64,000 nt of DNA from Candidatus Sericytochromatia bacterium (GTDB lineage: Bacteria > Cyanobacteriota > Sericytochromatia > S15B-MN24 > JAQBPE01). The stretch spans positions 1 to 64,000 of the forward strand of contig JBBAPZ010000016.1 in the NCBI GenBank assembly GCA_040400605.1, read 5' to 3'. Both the position numbers and the translations under genes were made by a program. The notes below the pieces were generated by a model. That model searched no databases. It was given only the letters and a program-made list of their open reading frames with translations, and was not told the DNA's origin. Below, in pieces: positions 38,753 to 48,957 of this stretch (the first letter of the stretch is position 1; each line of letters starts with the position of its first letter).

Positions 38753-39429
38753 CCGCTTGGCGTCATCAAAGGTTTGGCTTCGCCTGGGCCAGCATCGCCC
38801 TGTTGGCCGGCTGCGGTAGCGTCACCGAGTCCACAACGCCTTTGCCGCAAGTCCGACCCGTGACGATTGGCTGGCTATCGAGCGGGTTCGGTCCCCGACC
38901 CGTACATCCCGTCTACGGCTTTACCGCACACGGCCATCATGATGGCTATGATTTTGCTGTTCCGGTGGGCTCGCCCATTCGTGCCAGCATGGCTGGCAAA
39001 GTCACCTTCACAGGCGTCAAAGCCGGTTACGGACGAACTGTCGTGCTCAATCATCCAGGCGGCTACCAAACACTCTATGCTCACGCCTCACGCTTTGCGG
39101 CTCGAGTGGGCCAATCCGTCGCAGCAGGCACGATCATCGCCCAATCAGGCAATACGGGCGTTTCTACGGGTCCCCACCTGCATTACGAACTGCGTCACCT
39201 CGGACGTCCCATCTCCCCCGGCCTGTTTGTCGCGCCACCCGATTGGGCCGTCAAAACGAAGCAGGTGGCATCACATGAACCCCCACGTTCGTCGTCTGGG
39301 AAAGGTAAGCGCGCAGGTTCTGCTCCAAGGTTGCCTGGCCGGGAATCAAAGGCAATGGTCGCCGCAGTACCAGTGCGTCACCCTCGCGTGCAACGGGATA
39401 AAAATAATCCATCAAGGATGAATCTTTGA
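38749..39429 (+). CDS. M23 family metallopeptidase lipoprotein
   Basis: Lipobox LAGC; HDGYD, YAH, STGPHLHYE; ATGA overlap with hemL. Confidence 0.9.
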   Translation: MTAWRHQRFGFAWASIALLAGCGSVTESTTPLPQVRPVTIGWLSSGFGPRPVHPVYGFTAHGHHDGYDFAVPVGSPIRASMAGKVTFTGVKAGYGRTVVLNHPGGYQTLYAHASRFAARVGQSVAAGTIIAQSGNTGVSTGPHLHYELRHLGRPISPGLFVAPPDWAVKTKQVASHEPPRSSSGKGKRAGSAPRLPGRESKAMVAAVPVRHPRVQRDKNNPSRMNL

Positions 39430-40009
39430 ATTGGATCCGATTGGCGCCCAACAAACCGCGCACCCAAGCAGCCTCACCCAAACTTCCCAGCAAGTTTTGC
39501 ACCGCCAGTATCTCACTCAACGCCTGATGCCCGGTCCCGCCATTGGGCCATTCCATGTGCACCGGGTGCCACGCGGCGGCACGTAACCCCAATTCAACTT
39601 CGGGCTTGACGGTAATCGCCGTCTTCATTGCCCATCGGTTCAAGAGTCCCTCAAAAAATGGCAACGCATGACGAAAGGTGCTCTGCTCAAGCCGACCGCG
39701 CGCGGCCTGGTACTCCGCAAGCGAAGGACCGGCGCTTGCTAGACTGACCGCTGGTTTGAACGATAATGATATAACCGCGCCACTCAACGCAAAGAGGTCC
39801 TTGATTGTCCGTACCGGATTCACTAGCATCTGCCCGAGGTTCAGCAACCACATCGGACTACCGGAACCGCCACGATTGGGACTGACAGGCAAACCACCCA
39901 GTACCGGTTGCACCGGTTGCGGCGCAGGCTGAACCACCGGACTCGTATAATACCCGCCTGCATTCAACGGCAAGACACCATACGCGCGCACACCGCCAAC
40001 ATGATTCAT
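39251..40009 (-). CDS. Hypothetical protein, Pro/Gln-rich N-terminus
   Basis: Long ORF with GGAGG RBS before ATG 40009; protein-like composition. Confidence 0.6.
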   Translation of the reverse strand: MNHVGGVRAYGVLPLNAGGYYTSPVVQPAPQPVQPVLGGLPVSPNRGGSGSPMWLLNLGQMLVNPVRTIKDLFALSGAVISLSFKPAVSLASAGPSLAEYQAARGRLEQSTFRHALPFFEGLLNRWAMKTAITVKPEVELGLRAAAWHPVHMEWPNGGTGHQALSEILAVQNLLGSLGEAAWVRGLLGANRIQFKDSSLMDYFYPVAREGDALVLRRPLPLIPGQATLEQNLRAYLSQTTNVGVHVMPPASF

Positions 40010-40230
40010 CAAGGCCAGACCTCCATCCATCTCCCCAACGAGTTTTTCGACGGACAGCCTGTTATACTGACCAATCTTAAACAATAATTTATTGAACTTT
40101 AAGTTTTCATTTACCTCTACACCTTATCGTGGCGCATCAAGCACAGTGGGTGACAAAGCATCCAACATTCCGCATACAGTCTGTACTGGTTGCCGTTGGA
40201 ATGCGGTTGGTGGCGCCTGGTTGCGTTCGT

Positions 40231-40974
40231 TTACCCGGCTGGCTGTCCCAAGTGACGGCGCAGGGATTGGGAAAATTGCACGGCGCCTTTTTCAAGGTCC
40301 TGTTGGTGATGGGTATGTTCGTTGCGGCTGGTATGCCACGGGATGTAGCGAATGCGGGCATCCCGGTAGTACCGTGCCAGCTGCAGCCAGGGTTCGAAAA
40401 GCTCGTGGCCTTGATAGAGGGCGGTCACCAGACATTGTTGTGCGTGATGGAACAGTTCATGGCCGACGCTTGCGAGGCGATCGTTGTGCGTTCCTGGCGC
40501 CGCGGGATTGAGTTGGATCAGGTGTTGCTCGGGGCGGAAAAGAAATTGCGCCCGCAGTGGTGCGATGGCTTTTTGGAAGACGACGCGAGGTCTTGGCAAA
40601 TCGATGGTGGCTTGGTTTTGCCAAGTGTCAATGAGGGTTTGCCAGTCACTCAGCACGGACGGTGCCGCCAGTTTATCACCGGGTTCATCGATGCCCGAGA
40701 CCCATTGGGTGATCCAGTACGACTCAAGATCCTGGGCTGCGATTCGTTCGCGCGGACGCAGCCACTGACGCTTGGTCGTCTGATCACGGTGCATCTGGAT
40801 GATCCAGAAGGGTGCGTCAAGACTGTCATGTGGCGCTTGTGGCAGCCATTGATCACCCGCACCGGACTGGTGACCCGACTGCCGCAAATCCCCCGTGTCG
40901 GCACTGACAATCTGTTGGGTAACCGGATCGAACACGCGGCGCACGCCGACACCTTTCAAAGGTTCAATCGGCAC
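40231..40974 (-). CDS. Putative zinc metallopeptidase (HExxH)
   Basis: SVGHELFHHAQ with downstream QDLEKGA; start overlaps the rsmE stop. Confidence 0.6.
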   Translation of the reverse strand: MPIEPLKGVGVRRVFDPVTQQIVSADTGDLRQSGHQSGAGDQWLPQAPHDSLDAPFWIIQMHRDQTTKRQWLRPRERIAAQDLESYWITQWVSGIDEPGDKLAAPSVLSDWQTLIDTWQNQATIDLPRPRVVFQKAIAPLRAQFLFRPEQHLIQLNPAAPGTHNDRLASVGHELFHHAQQCLVTALYQGHELFEPWLQLARYYRDARIRYIPWHTSRNEHTHHQQDLEKGAVQFSQSLRRHLGQPAG

Positions 40975-41722
40975 ATGTGGTCTCCTTGCTACTCGCAGCC
41001 ATCAATTCAAAATGACCCACGCACAAGGCGAGCGCCGCGAGGCTGGCTGTTTCAGTCCGCAAAATCCGTGGACCCAGTGAGGTCAAGGTCGCCCCATATT
41101 CAACAAACCAGTCAACCTCGCTGCAACTGAAACCGCCTTCCGGCCCCACCCAGATATTCAGGTGACTTCCTGGCTGTTGACCCAAGGCAAGGGGGAACGA
41201 TAATGCGTCACGCCGTTCAGCCAGAACGAGATTGGGCTCGATTCGTGGTAATGCGTGACTGGTCAGGTGCAATATTGGCGAAATGGTTGGGATGGTATCC
41301 CGCTCACACTGAATGGCTGCTTCTTCGGCGATCTTTTGCCAGCGCACGATTTTGGCGTCGCTGCGGGCGAGGTCCACTTTAACGACTCCGTGCCGGCTGA
41401 TACACGGCACGATGCGATGCACCCCCAGTTCCGTGGCTTTTTGTACCACCCAGTCCATTTTGTCACCTTTGGGAATCGCCTGATAGAGTGTGACACGCTG
41501 GGGTATGGGCGTTGTCGTGACGGCTTCCAATCGTTCCAACTGGAGTTCCTGCGATCGCGCCCGCACCACCTTGGCACGCCACGCGCCCCCCAGTCCGTCG
41601 AGAATCAACACGTCAGCGCCTTCTTCATAGCGCAGAACGTTGACAAGATGGTGTGCGCGATTCCCTGTGATACGGATGATAGATTCGGCCAGTTCCGCCG
41701 AACAAAGAAACAATCGTCTCAC
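40964..41722 (-). CDS. rsmE: 16S rRNA m3U1498 methyltransferase
   Basis: HLVNVLR, QKATELG, VGPEGGF, LGPRILRTETA; GTGA overlap with the GNAT gene. Confidence 0.95.
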   Translation of the reverse strand: MRRLFLCSAELAESIIRITGNRAHHLVNVLRYEEGADVLILDGLGGAWRAKVVRARSQELQLERLEAVTTTPIPQRVTLYQAIPKGDKMDWVVQKATELGVHRIVPCISRHGVVKVDLARSDAKIVRWQKIAEEAAIQCERDTIPTISPILHLTSHALPRIEPNLVLAERRDALSFPLALGQQPGSHLNIWVGPEGGFSCSEVDWFVEYGATLTSLGPRILRTETASLAALALCVGHFELMAASSKETTCAD

Positions 41723-42219
41723 AATGCCTGCACTTCGGCCCTTTCGCAACGCAAGGGACCGAAGCGCAGTGCCATCGACCACGCGGCGCACTCAAAGCCC
41801 AAACGGCGATACAGTGCCAGTGCGGCAGCGTTTTGAGGGTCGACCTGCAACGTGACACCATCCAGCCCACGGGCGCGGATGCGTGAGACCGCGTCTTCCA
41901 CCAACGCCTTGCCGATCCCATTGCCACGGTAAATCGGCTGCACGTAAAGATCACTGATCGTGGCAGCAGCCCACTTCTCCTCAAGCGGCGTCAGATGGGC
42001 CACAATCGAGACATAGCCTGCCAAATGACCTTCAACGGAACAAACTACGACTTGTTCATGGTCAAGCAAGCTGATCAGATGATTGGCGACGGCCGCTCGA
42101 TTGACCCGATTACGGCGTATTCGGGATGCCAGATGTGGCGTCTGCGCTACCAGGTCCTGCCAAAACAGGACAAGTTGCTCAACATCACCGGCACGCGCCA
42201 AACGGATCTCCAGGTCCAA
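41719..42219 (-). CDS. GNAT family N-acetyltransferase
   Basis: LYVQPIYRGNGIGKAL, NAAALALYRRLGF; likely TTG start at 42219. Confidence 0.9.
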   Translation of the reverse strand: MDLEIRLARAGDVEQLVLFWQDLVAQTPHLASRIRRNRVNRAAVANHLISLLDHEQVVVCSVEGHLAGYVSIVAHLTPLEEKWAAATISDLYVQPIYRGNGIGKALVEDAVSRIRARGLDGVTLQVDPQNAAALALYRRLGFECAAWSMALRFGPLRCERAEVQAL

Positions 42220-42284
42220 GGCTGCCCCCAAAGTAAAGAGCACGAAGCAATGCAAAAGTGCCCCGTGCCCAAGACCAAACCAGG

Positions 42285-42572
42285 TTACTTCGCAGGCGTT
42301 CCTTCCGTCGCACGCGGAAGAGCCAGTTCGCGCTCGGCGTGACGCTTGGATGCCGCCGCCTTCATCGCATTGGCCGTCTCGAACTTCTTCATGAAGCGCT
42401 CCACGCGACCTTCGGTGTCCACAATCTTTTGCGTACCGGTAAAGAATGGATGACACGCCGAACAAATTTCAGTGCGAATATCAGAACCTTTTGTCGAACC
42501 GGTTTTGAAACTATTGCCACAGACGCAGCTGGCAGTCACTTCGGTGTAGTTAGGATGAATTCCGGATTTCAT
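42285..42572 (-). CDS. rpmE: 50S ribosomal protein L31 (Zn-binding type)
   Basis: [13 protein letters not shown]...[16 protein letters not shown]. Confidence 0.96.
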   Translation of the reverse strand: MKSGIHPNYTEVTASCVCGNSFKTGSTKGSDIRTEICSACHPFFTGTQKIVDTEGRVERFMKKFETANAMKAAASKRHAERELALPRATEGTPAK

Positions 42573-42883
42573 GATGGCACACTCCCTGAGCTCAAGCTGG
42601 CTGGTTACAAGCAGCCTACAATGTCAAAGCTCGCCGCGCGCCTGACAGTCAAGGAGGGCTCGAAGAACGAGTCAAATTCCAGGCGAACGCACGAGACACC
42701 AGTGTAAAAGACGTGGTCAAGCTTCGTCAATACAGCCCGTTCTGGTCACGTGCACGGCCCTCTTGGTATACTGCTGGGATGGGTGTCGAACACAGGAGGC
42801 CTTGTGCCGACCGGTCTTGATCGTTCGCATTTAGAATCAGCGTGCGTCACGAAGCGCGGCGCGTTGTGAGGGAAGTCCAAGCC

Positions 42884-45688
42884 ATGTTGAAGCTGTTGTC
42901 CAAAATTCTGCCTGATGCCAACGTTCGGAAAGTCCGCAAGCTGGATCCGATCATTCGGCATATCAACAGTTTGGAAGAACAGACGATGGCGTTGAGCGAC
43001 GCGGAACTCAGTGGCAAAACCGCCGAGTTCAAGCAACGCGTCGAACGGGCTTTGCGCGGCATTGGCGCGGCCGACCTGGCGGTTCATGAACGCCAGGTGC
43101 TTGATGAACTGTTGCCGGAGGCGTTTGCGGTGGTCCGTGAAGCAGGCCGTCGCGTTCTCAATATGCGGCATTTCGATGTCCAGATGGTGGGCGGCATCAC
43201 CTTGCATCGTGGACAGATCGCCGAGATGCGGACGGGTGAGGGCAAAACGTTGGTATCCACTTTGCCAGCGTACTTGAATGCGTTGACCGGAAAGGGCGTG
43301 CACATTGTCACGGTAAACGATTATCTGGCGAAACGTGACAGTGAGTGGATGGGACAGTTGCATCGATTTTTGGGATTGGAAGTGGGTCTAGTCCAAAACC
43401 ATTATCATCCCGGTCAGCGCAAGATATCGTATGGCGCGGATATCACCTATGGTACCAATAACGAGTTTGGCTTTGATTACCTGCGTGACAACATGGCGAC
43501 ATCGGTTTATGAATGCGTTCAGCGCGGGTTGCATTATGCCATCATCGACGAGGTGGATTCGGTGTTGATTGATGAGGCGAGAACGCCACTGATCATCAGT
43601 GGGCAAATGGAGCAACGCACCGATTTGTATCTGAAGTTGCGTCAGGTGGCACCTGAACTGGAAAGAGAACGCGATTACGCGGTTGAGGAAAAGACGCGCA
43701 ACATTTTATTGACTGAGGATGGGATTGAGCGGGCAGAGCATTTGTTAAGGGTGGGTGACCTGTATGATCCCCGCAATCCGGAACTGGCCCATCATCTGGT
43801 GCAGGCATTGCGCGCCAAGGAACTGTACCGTCGTGATGTGGAATATGTCGTGCGTTATAACCCGGAGAAGGGTTTTGACGAAGTGGTGATTGTCGATGAG
43901 TTCACGGGGCGTTTGATGGTGGGGCGGCGCTATTCCGACGGGCTGCATCAGGCAATTGAGGCGAAAGAGGGGGTCAAGGTTCAAGAAGAAAGCCAGACCT
44001 TGGCAACCATCACATTTCAAAATTATTTCAGGATGTACGGGAAGCTCGCGGGGATGACCGGTACAGCGGCCACCGAAGAAGCGGAGTTTGGCAAGATTTA
44101 TAACCTGGAAGTGACAGTTATCCCCACCAACCGGCCGCGGATTCGCAAAGACGAGCCGGATTCGATTTACAAGTCTGTGTCAGCCAAGTTCAAGGCGGTC
44201 GCCGAGGAGGTGGATCGTGTGCATCGAACGGGGCGTCCGGTGCTTGTTGGTACGATTTCAATTGAAAAGTCTGAATTGTTGTCGAAATTGCTGAACGAGC
44301 GAGGGGTGCCGCATCACGTGTTGAATGCGAAGTATCATGAGCAGGAGGCCAAGATCATTGCGCAGGCGGGCGCCAAGGGGGCTGTGACGATCGCAACCAA
44401 CATGGCCGGTCGTGGTACGGATATTATTTTGGGTGGCAATCCTGAGTTTATGGCCAAAGACTTTCTGCTGCAGCGGGGCATTGAGCCTTATCCCTATGAA
44501 GATTTGACCCGGGCGCTGTTGCGCAAGGATGAGGCGTGGGCAGATCGTGTTCATCGCGAGACGTTCACGGAGCTTGACGAGCAGTTGTATGGCGAGATCA
44601 AAACGGCCATCTTTGGCTTTGTCAAGCAATGCAAGGCAGCGCAAGAAGCGGTGATTCAGCTAGGTGGTTTGCACTGCGTCGGAACTGAGCGGCACGAATC
44701 GCGACGCATCGATAACCAGTTGAGAGGGCGGGCGGGGCGACAGGGTGATCCGGGCAGTTCCAAATTTTTTCTGTCGTTGGAAGACGACCTGATGCGTATG
44801 TTTGGGGGCGATCGCATCAAGGGCTTGATGGACCGAATGGATGCCGAAGAGGATCTTGACATTACCTCACCGTGGGTAAGCAAGTCCATTGAGGGTGCAC
44901 AGCGCAAGGTCGAAATTTATCATTTCAATACCCGCAAACAAGTGTTGGAATACGATGATGTCATGAACAATCAGCGCAAAATCATGTACGCCGAACGCCG
45001 CCAGGTCTTGGAGGGCGAGGACTTGCGTCCTGTCGTGATGCGCATCGTTGATCGTTACGTGCGCGATACCGTGAACGACCATGTGGTACCGGGTGTGCCC
45101 AGGGAAGAGTGGGATTTGCAGGGTTTGCACGGGATGCTCAGTCAAGCGATTCCCATTTTGCGAAATGTTTCTGTCACGGAAATGGAAGGTTTGGGGTCCG
45201 AAGCGCTGCAGGCGTTTCTACAGGAACAGGCGCGTTTGGCGTTCGAAGTCAAAGAAGAAAGTGTGGATCCCGTTATTTTCCGGCAACTGGAGCAACAAAT
45301 CCTGTTGCAAATCATTGATGCGCGATGGATTGCGCATTTGCATGACATCGATTCGTTGCGCGAGAGCATCGGTCTAAGGGCTTACGGACAAAAAGATCCG
45401 CTATTGGAGTATAAGCGCGAGGCTTATGAAACCTTTCAAGCCCTTAAGCGGGCGATTCAAAATGAATTCGTGTTTCAGATTTTTCACGTTGAGGTGGTGT
45501 TTGAGGCGCCCAGTGCCCCGTTTGAGATGATGATGCCTGAGGGCGGCGAGCCTGATGCTGGGGCAATGGAGACGGCCCCAGAGGTGGCAGCCGAGAATTC
45601 TCAAGACAGTGTAACCGCATTTGGGCGTTTGCTGCTGTCGCTGCGTGAGCAGGACCAACCGAATCCGGAGGAGTCAAAATCCAATTGA
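42884..45688 (+). CDS. secA: Preprotein translocase SecA
   Basis: MRTGEGKT, DEVDSVLIDEARTPLIISG, NMAGRGTDI, QLRGRAGRQGDPG. Confidence 0.97.
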   Translation: MLKLLSKILPDANVRKVRKLDPIIRHINSLEEQTMALSDAELSGKTAEFKQRVERALRGIGAADLAVHERQVLDELLPEAFAVVREAGRRVLNMRHFDVQMVGGITLHRGQIAEMRTGEGKTLVSTLPAYLNALTGKGVHIVTVNDYLAKRDSEWMGQLHRFLGLEVGLVQNHYHPGQRKISYGADITYGTNNEFGFDYLRDNMATSVYECVQRGLHYAIIDEVDSVLIDEARTPLIISGQMEQRTDLYLKLRQVAPELERERDYAVEEKTRNILLTEDGIERAEHLLRVGDLYDPRNPELAHHLVQALRAKELYRRDVEYVVRYNPEKGFDEVVIVDEFTGRLMVGRRYSDGLHQAIEAKEGVKVQEESQTLATITFQNYFRMYGKLAGMTGTAATEEAEFGKIYNLEVTVIPTNRPRIRKDEPDSIYKSVSAKFKAVAEEVDRVHRTGRPVLVGTISIEKSELLSKLLNERGVPHHVLNAKYHEQEAKIIAQAGAKGAVTIATNMAGRGTDIILGGNPEFMAKDFLLQRGIEPYPYEDLTRALLRKDEAWADRVHRETFTELDEQLYGEIKTAIFGFVKQCKAAQEAVIQLGGLHCVGTERHESRRIDNQLRGRAGRQGDPGSSKFFLSLEDDLMRMFGGDRIKGLMDRMDAEEDLDITSPWVSKSIEGAQRKVEIYHFNTRKQVLEYDDVMNNQRKIMYAERRQVLEGEDLRPVVMRIVDRYVRDTVNDHVVPGVPREEWDLQGLHGMLSQAIPILRNVSVTEMEGLGSEALQAFLQEQARLAFEVKEESVDPVIFRQLEQQILLQIIDARWIAHLHDIDSLRESIGLRAYGQKDPLLEYKREAYETFQALKRAIQNEFVFQIFHVEVVFEAPSAPFEMMMPEGGEPDAGAMETAPEVAAENSQDSVTAFGRLLLSLREQDQPNPEESKSN

Positions 45689-45750
45689 TGACGGGGGTGC
45701 TGCTGGGGGGGTGAAGCGGCGTTTTCGCCGTTTTTTTGGAGAGTGGTGTT

Positions 45751-46879
45751 ATGAACGATTGGAAGAACGAAGCCAAGGTGCTTGGCGATCGGGTAAGCGA
45801 TGCCAGGAGGCAGCTTTGACGTTAGCCGTATGGCGCAACGCATTGAGACCTTAGAGCACCTGGCGGGTGAGCCTACTTTTTGGGACTCACCGCAAAAGGC
45901 GCAGCAGCAGATGCAGGAATTGACGCAGTTAAAAGGGCAGTTGACGCAACTGTCCCAGTGGACGCGAGGCGTTGAGGATTTGGATGTACTGCTGGAGATG
46001 GCGGCCGAAACATCTGATGCTGATATTGATGCGGAGATCGATTCCATCGTCAGGCGCATGCGTCAAGAACTGGACGCGTTTGAATTGACGCGCTTGCTGT
46101 CAGGCCCCTATGACGACTGTGCCGCGATTCTATCCGTTTCTGCGGGGGCAGGTGGAACGGATGCTGCGGATTGGGCCTTGATGTTGTTTCGGATGTACTC
46201 GCGGTGGGCAGAACAGAATGGTTACAAGGCCGAGTTGACGGATATGTCCGAGAATGAGGAAGCGGGTATCAAGGGTGCGACGATGATTGTTTCAGGTCCG
46301 CACGCCTATGGACGTCTCATTGCCGAGAAAGGAACCCATCGCCTGGTGCGGATTTCGCCTTTCAATTCGGCAGGGAAGCGTCAGACGTCTTTTGCGGGGG
46401 TGGATGTCGTACCTGACTTGAAGCAAGACATCGACATCAGCATTGACCCCAAGGATCTGCGTATCGATACGTTTCGTTCTGGCGGCGCTGGTGGACAAAA
46501 CGTTAACAAGGTCGAAACGGCCATACGCATTACGCACTTGCCGACCAACACGGTGGTCTCGTGTCAAAATGAGCGCTCGCAGTTGCAAAACCGTGAGACA
46601 GCGATGCGGATCCTGAAATCCCGTCTGTATGATCGCATGATGGCGGAACATGCCGCAAAGCTTGAAGATATCAAAGGCCCTCAAACGGATGCAGCTTGGG
46701 GCAATCAGATCAGATCCTATGTTTTCCATCCATATTCGATGGTGAAAGACCATCGGACGGGCGAGGAGACATCTCAGGTGCAGGCGGTCATGGATGGGGA
46801 TATCAATGATTTCATCGGGGCTTATTTGCGCGCACGTGCGCAAGGTCGCTTGCGCGTCGGGGGTGCGGTGGATGATTAG
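45751..46879 (+). CDS. prfB: Peptide chain release factor 2, made by +1 programmed frameshift
   Basis: ORF0 ATG 45751 (22 codons) ends CTT TGA C at 45814-45820; the +1 frame carries SPF and GGQ. Confidence 0.96.
45805..45820 (+). promoter_or_regulatory. prfB autoregulatory +1 frameshift site
   Basis: AGGAGG-CAG-CTT-TGA-C, the canonical internal SD plus slippery site. Confidence 0.95.
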
Positions 46880-46888
46880 GGATCTAAG

Positions 46889-47929
46889 GTGACGACGTTG
46901 AATATGGAACGATTGGACGACATTCTACAGCGCATGGCACGGGGGCGCGTCCTGGTTGTCGGTGATCTCATGGCTGATGAGTATGTGACAGGGGAGGTGT
47001 CACGGATTTCGCGAGAGGCGCCGGTCTTGATTCTTCGTCACCGTGAAGCCCGCATTTTTCCTGGGGGTGCGGCCAATGCAGCCGCGAACATCGCAAGTTT
47101 TGGTGCACGTGTCGAAATGGCCGGCGTTGTCGGTGCGGATCCCATGGCCACCCGTTTACAGGAGGTATTGCTGGCACGTGGTGTCGGGCTTGCGCAAATC
47201 TGTGTAGACCCCAATCGGCCGACAACGACCAAGACGCGCATCTCGGCCAGTTCGCAGCAAACGGTGACACAGCAGATCGTGCGAATCGATCAGGAAGTAC
47301 AAACGCCATTGCCTGAGCCGATCGCAGCGGAATTGTTGACGCGTTTTGAAGCGCAACTGGGTGCGTTTGATGCTGTATTGTTGTCCGATTACGGAAACGG
47401 CGTGCTCAATCACGAGGTCATTGGTCGACTGATGATGGCGGCAAGCGCCCGTGGCATTCCGGTAACGGTGGATTCCCAAGGTGACTTGGCCCGCTTTCAA
47501 GGGGCACGAATTTTGACGCCAAACCAACCGGAAGCCGAAGCGGTGGCAGGGTTTCCGATCGTTGATGCGGAATCTTTGCGACGAGCGGGTCAGGCACTCT
47601 TGACAATGGCTGATGCGGATGCCGTCTTGATCACCCGAGGGGGTTGCGGCATGGCATTGTTTGAGCGAGAGGGAACCTTCTGTGAGATACCGGCATTTAA
47701 CCGGTCAGATGTGTTTGATGTGACCGGTGCCGGGGACACGGTGGTCGGTACCTTGACGCTCGCGCTCGCAGTTGGCGCCACTACATCTGAAGCGATGTGG
47801 ATGGCCAATTTGGCTGCAAGTATTGTTGTGCGTCGTTTCGGCACGTCGGTTACCAACCGTGACGAAATGCTGCAGGCGGCGGCTGGTCTCCCACCGATGG
47901 ATGACCGGTTGGGCATCAGGGGGGCTTGA
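46889..47929 (+). CDS. rfaE1: D-glycero-beta-D-manno-heptose-7-phosphate kinase (RfaE domain I)
   Basis: VSRISREAPV, GGAANAA, TTTKTRI, DVTGAGDTV. Confidence 0.9.
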   Translation: MTTLNMERLDDILQRMARGRVLVVGDLMADEYVTGEVSRISREAPVLILRHREARIFPGGAANAAANIASFGARVEMAGVVGADPMATRLQEVLLARGVGLAQICVDPNRPTTTKTRISASSQQTVTQQIVRIDQEVQTPLPEPIAAELLTRFEAQLGAFDAVLLSDYGNGVLNHEVIGRLMMAASARGIPVTVDSQGDLARFQGARILTPNQPEAEAVAGFPIVDAESLRRAGQALLTMADADAVLITRGGCGMALFEREGTFCEIPAFNRSDVFDVTGAGDTVVGTLTLALAVGATTSEAMWMANLAASIVVRRFGTSVTNRDEMLQAAAGLPPMDDRLGIRGA

Positions 47930-48400
47930 ATGGTTTCTGCTGTTTGGGAGTGTGAGGCCTTGGCTGCGCATTTGGTTGCGCAAGGCGGTGTAACCGTTTT
48001 TACGAATGGTTGCTTTGATCTGTTACACGTTGGCCATTTGCGATATTTGCAGCAAGCCCGCCAGTTGGGCGATCGCTTGGTCGTGGGCGTCAATTCCGAT
48101 GCTTCCGTGCGTGCGCTCAAAGGACCGACGCGTCCGATCGTGACGGCCGTTGAGCGCGCCGAAATGCTGGCGGGGTTACGTTGCGTTGATTACGTCGTGC
48201 TCTTTGATGATTTGACCGCGTCGTCAGTCATCACCGCGCTCAAGCCTGCGGTGTATGCCAAAGGTGGCGATTATGACGTGGAAAACTTGCCCGAAGCGCC
48301 TGCGGTTCAGGCGTATGGCGGCGTGATTCAACTGGTGCCGTTCGTGCCAGGGCATTCAACATCGTCGATACTGGCCCGTGCCGTGGAAACAGCTTCGTAA
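47930..48400 (+). CDS. rfaE2: Heptose-1-phosphate adenylyltransferase (RfaE domain II)
   Basis: FTNGCFDLLHVGH, NSDASV..LKG..RP, KGGDY, STS. Confidence 0.93.
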   Translation: MVSAVWECEALAAHLVAQGGVTVFTNGCFDLLHVGHLRYLQQARQLGDRLVVGVNSDASVRALKGPTRPIVTAVERAEMLAGLRCVDYVVLFDDLTASSVITALKPAVYAKGGDYDVENLPEAPAVQAYGGVIQLVPFVPGHSTSSILARAVETAS

Positions 48401-48420
48401 AATTGGAAAGGTGGAAAACA

Positions 48421-48957
48421 ATGGCCATTTTGGACGGACGTGGAAGGCTTTTGGGCGTGGTGAACGCGCTTGATGCGCTCATCACGTTGACAGTGGTCGC
48501 GATGCTGGTTGGCATCGTCGTGGTTAAAAGCGGACGGACAGCAGTGACGCGGGTAGTCAGTTCACAGGGTACGGCAGAAGTTGATCTGCTCATCCGTGCC
48601 AACATTCGTGATCTTGGCATGTTCAAGGCAGGGGACAAGGCATTTGTCACCGTGCGCAACCAACCGTATGACAAGGTGCTTATTCGTGCCGTGCAAGCCA
48701 AACGCGCCGAAATAGCGGTGCCGATCAATGATGGCAAGTCATTTCGCATCACCACTGATCCCACAATGCCCTATGCGTCTGAGGTGATCTTGACATTGCA
48801 GGATACCGGGATGGAAACGGAAGACGGCATCGTGTGGGGTGGTCAGAAACTGAAACTTGGCGTTCCCATTGATGTGGAGGGCTATAAATACCGACTGCGT
48901 GGCAGTGTTTTGGACGTTCGAATGGTGCCGCCGGCATCGACGTCAGGAAAAAATTGA
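48421..48957 (+). CDS. DUF4330 family protein
   Basis: N-terminal ILDGRGRLLGVVNALD plus TM helix, VRNQPY, LKLGVPIDVEGYKY. Confidence 0.75.
   Translation: MAILDGRGRLLGVVNALDALITLTVVAMLVGIVVVKSGRTAVTRVVSSQGTAEVDLLIRANIRDLGMFKAGDKAFVTVRNQPYDKVLIRAVQAKRAEIAVPINDGKSFRITTDPTMPYASEVILTLQDTGMETEDGIVWGGQKLKLGVPIDVEGYKYRLRGSVLDVRMVPPASTSGKN

Noticed and set aside
40129..41130. 333-aa plus-strand ORF
   Set aside because: Antisense to the HExxH gene and rsmE, no motifs; likely a shadow ORF
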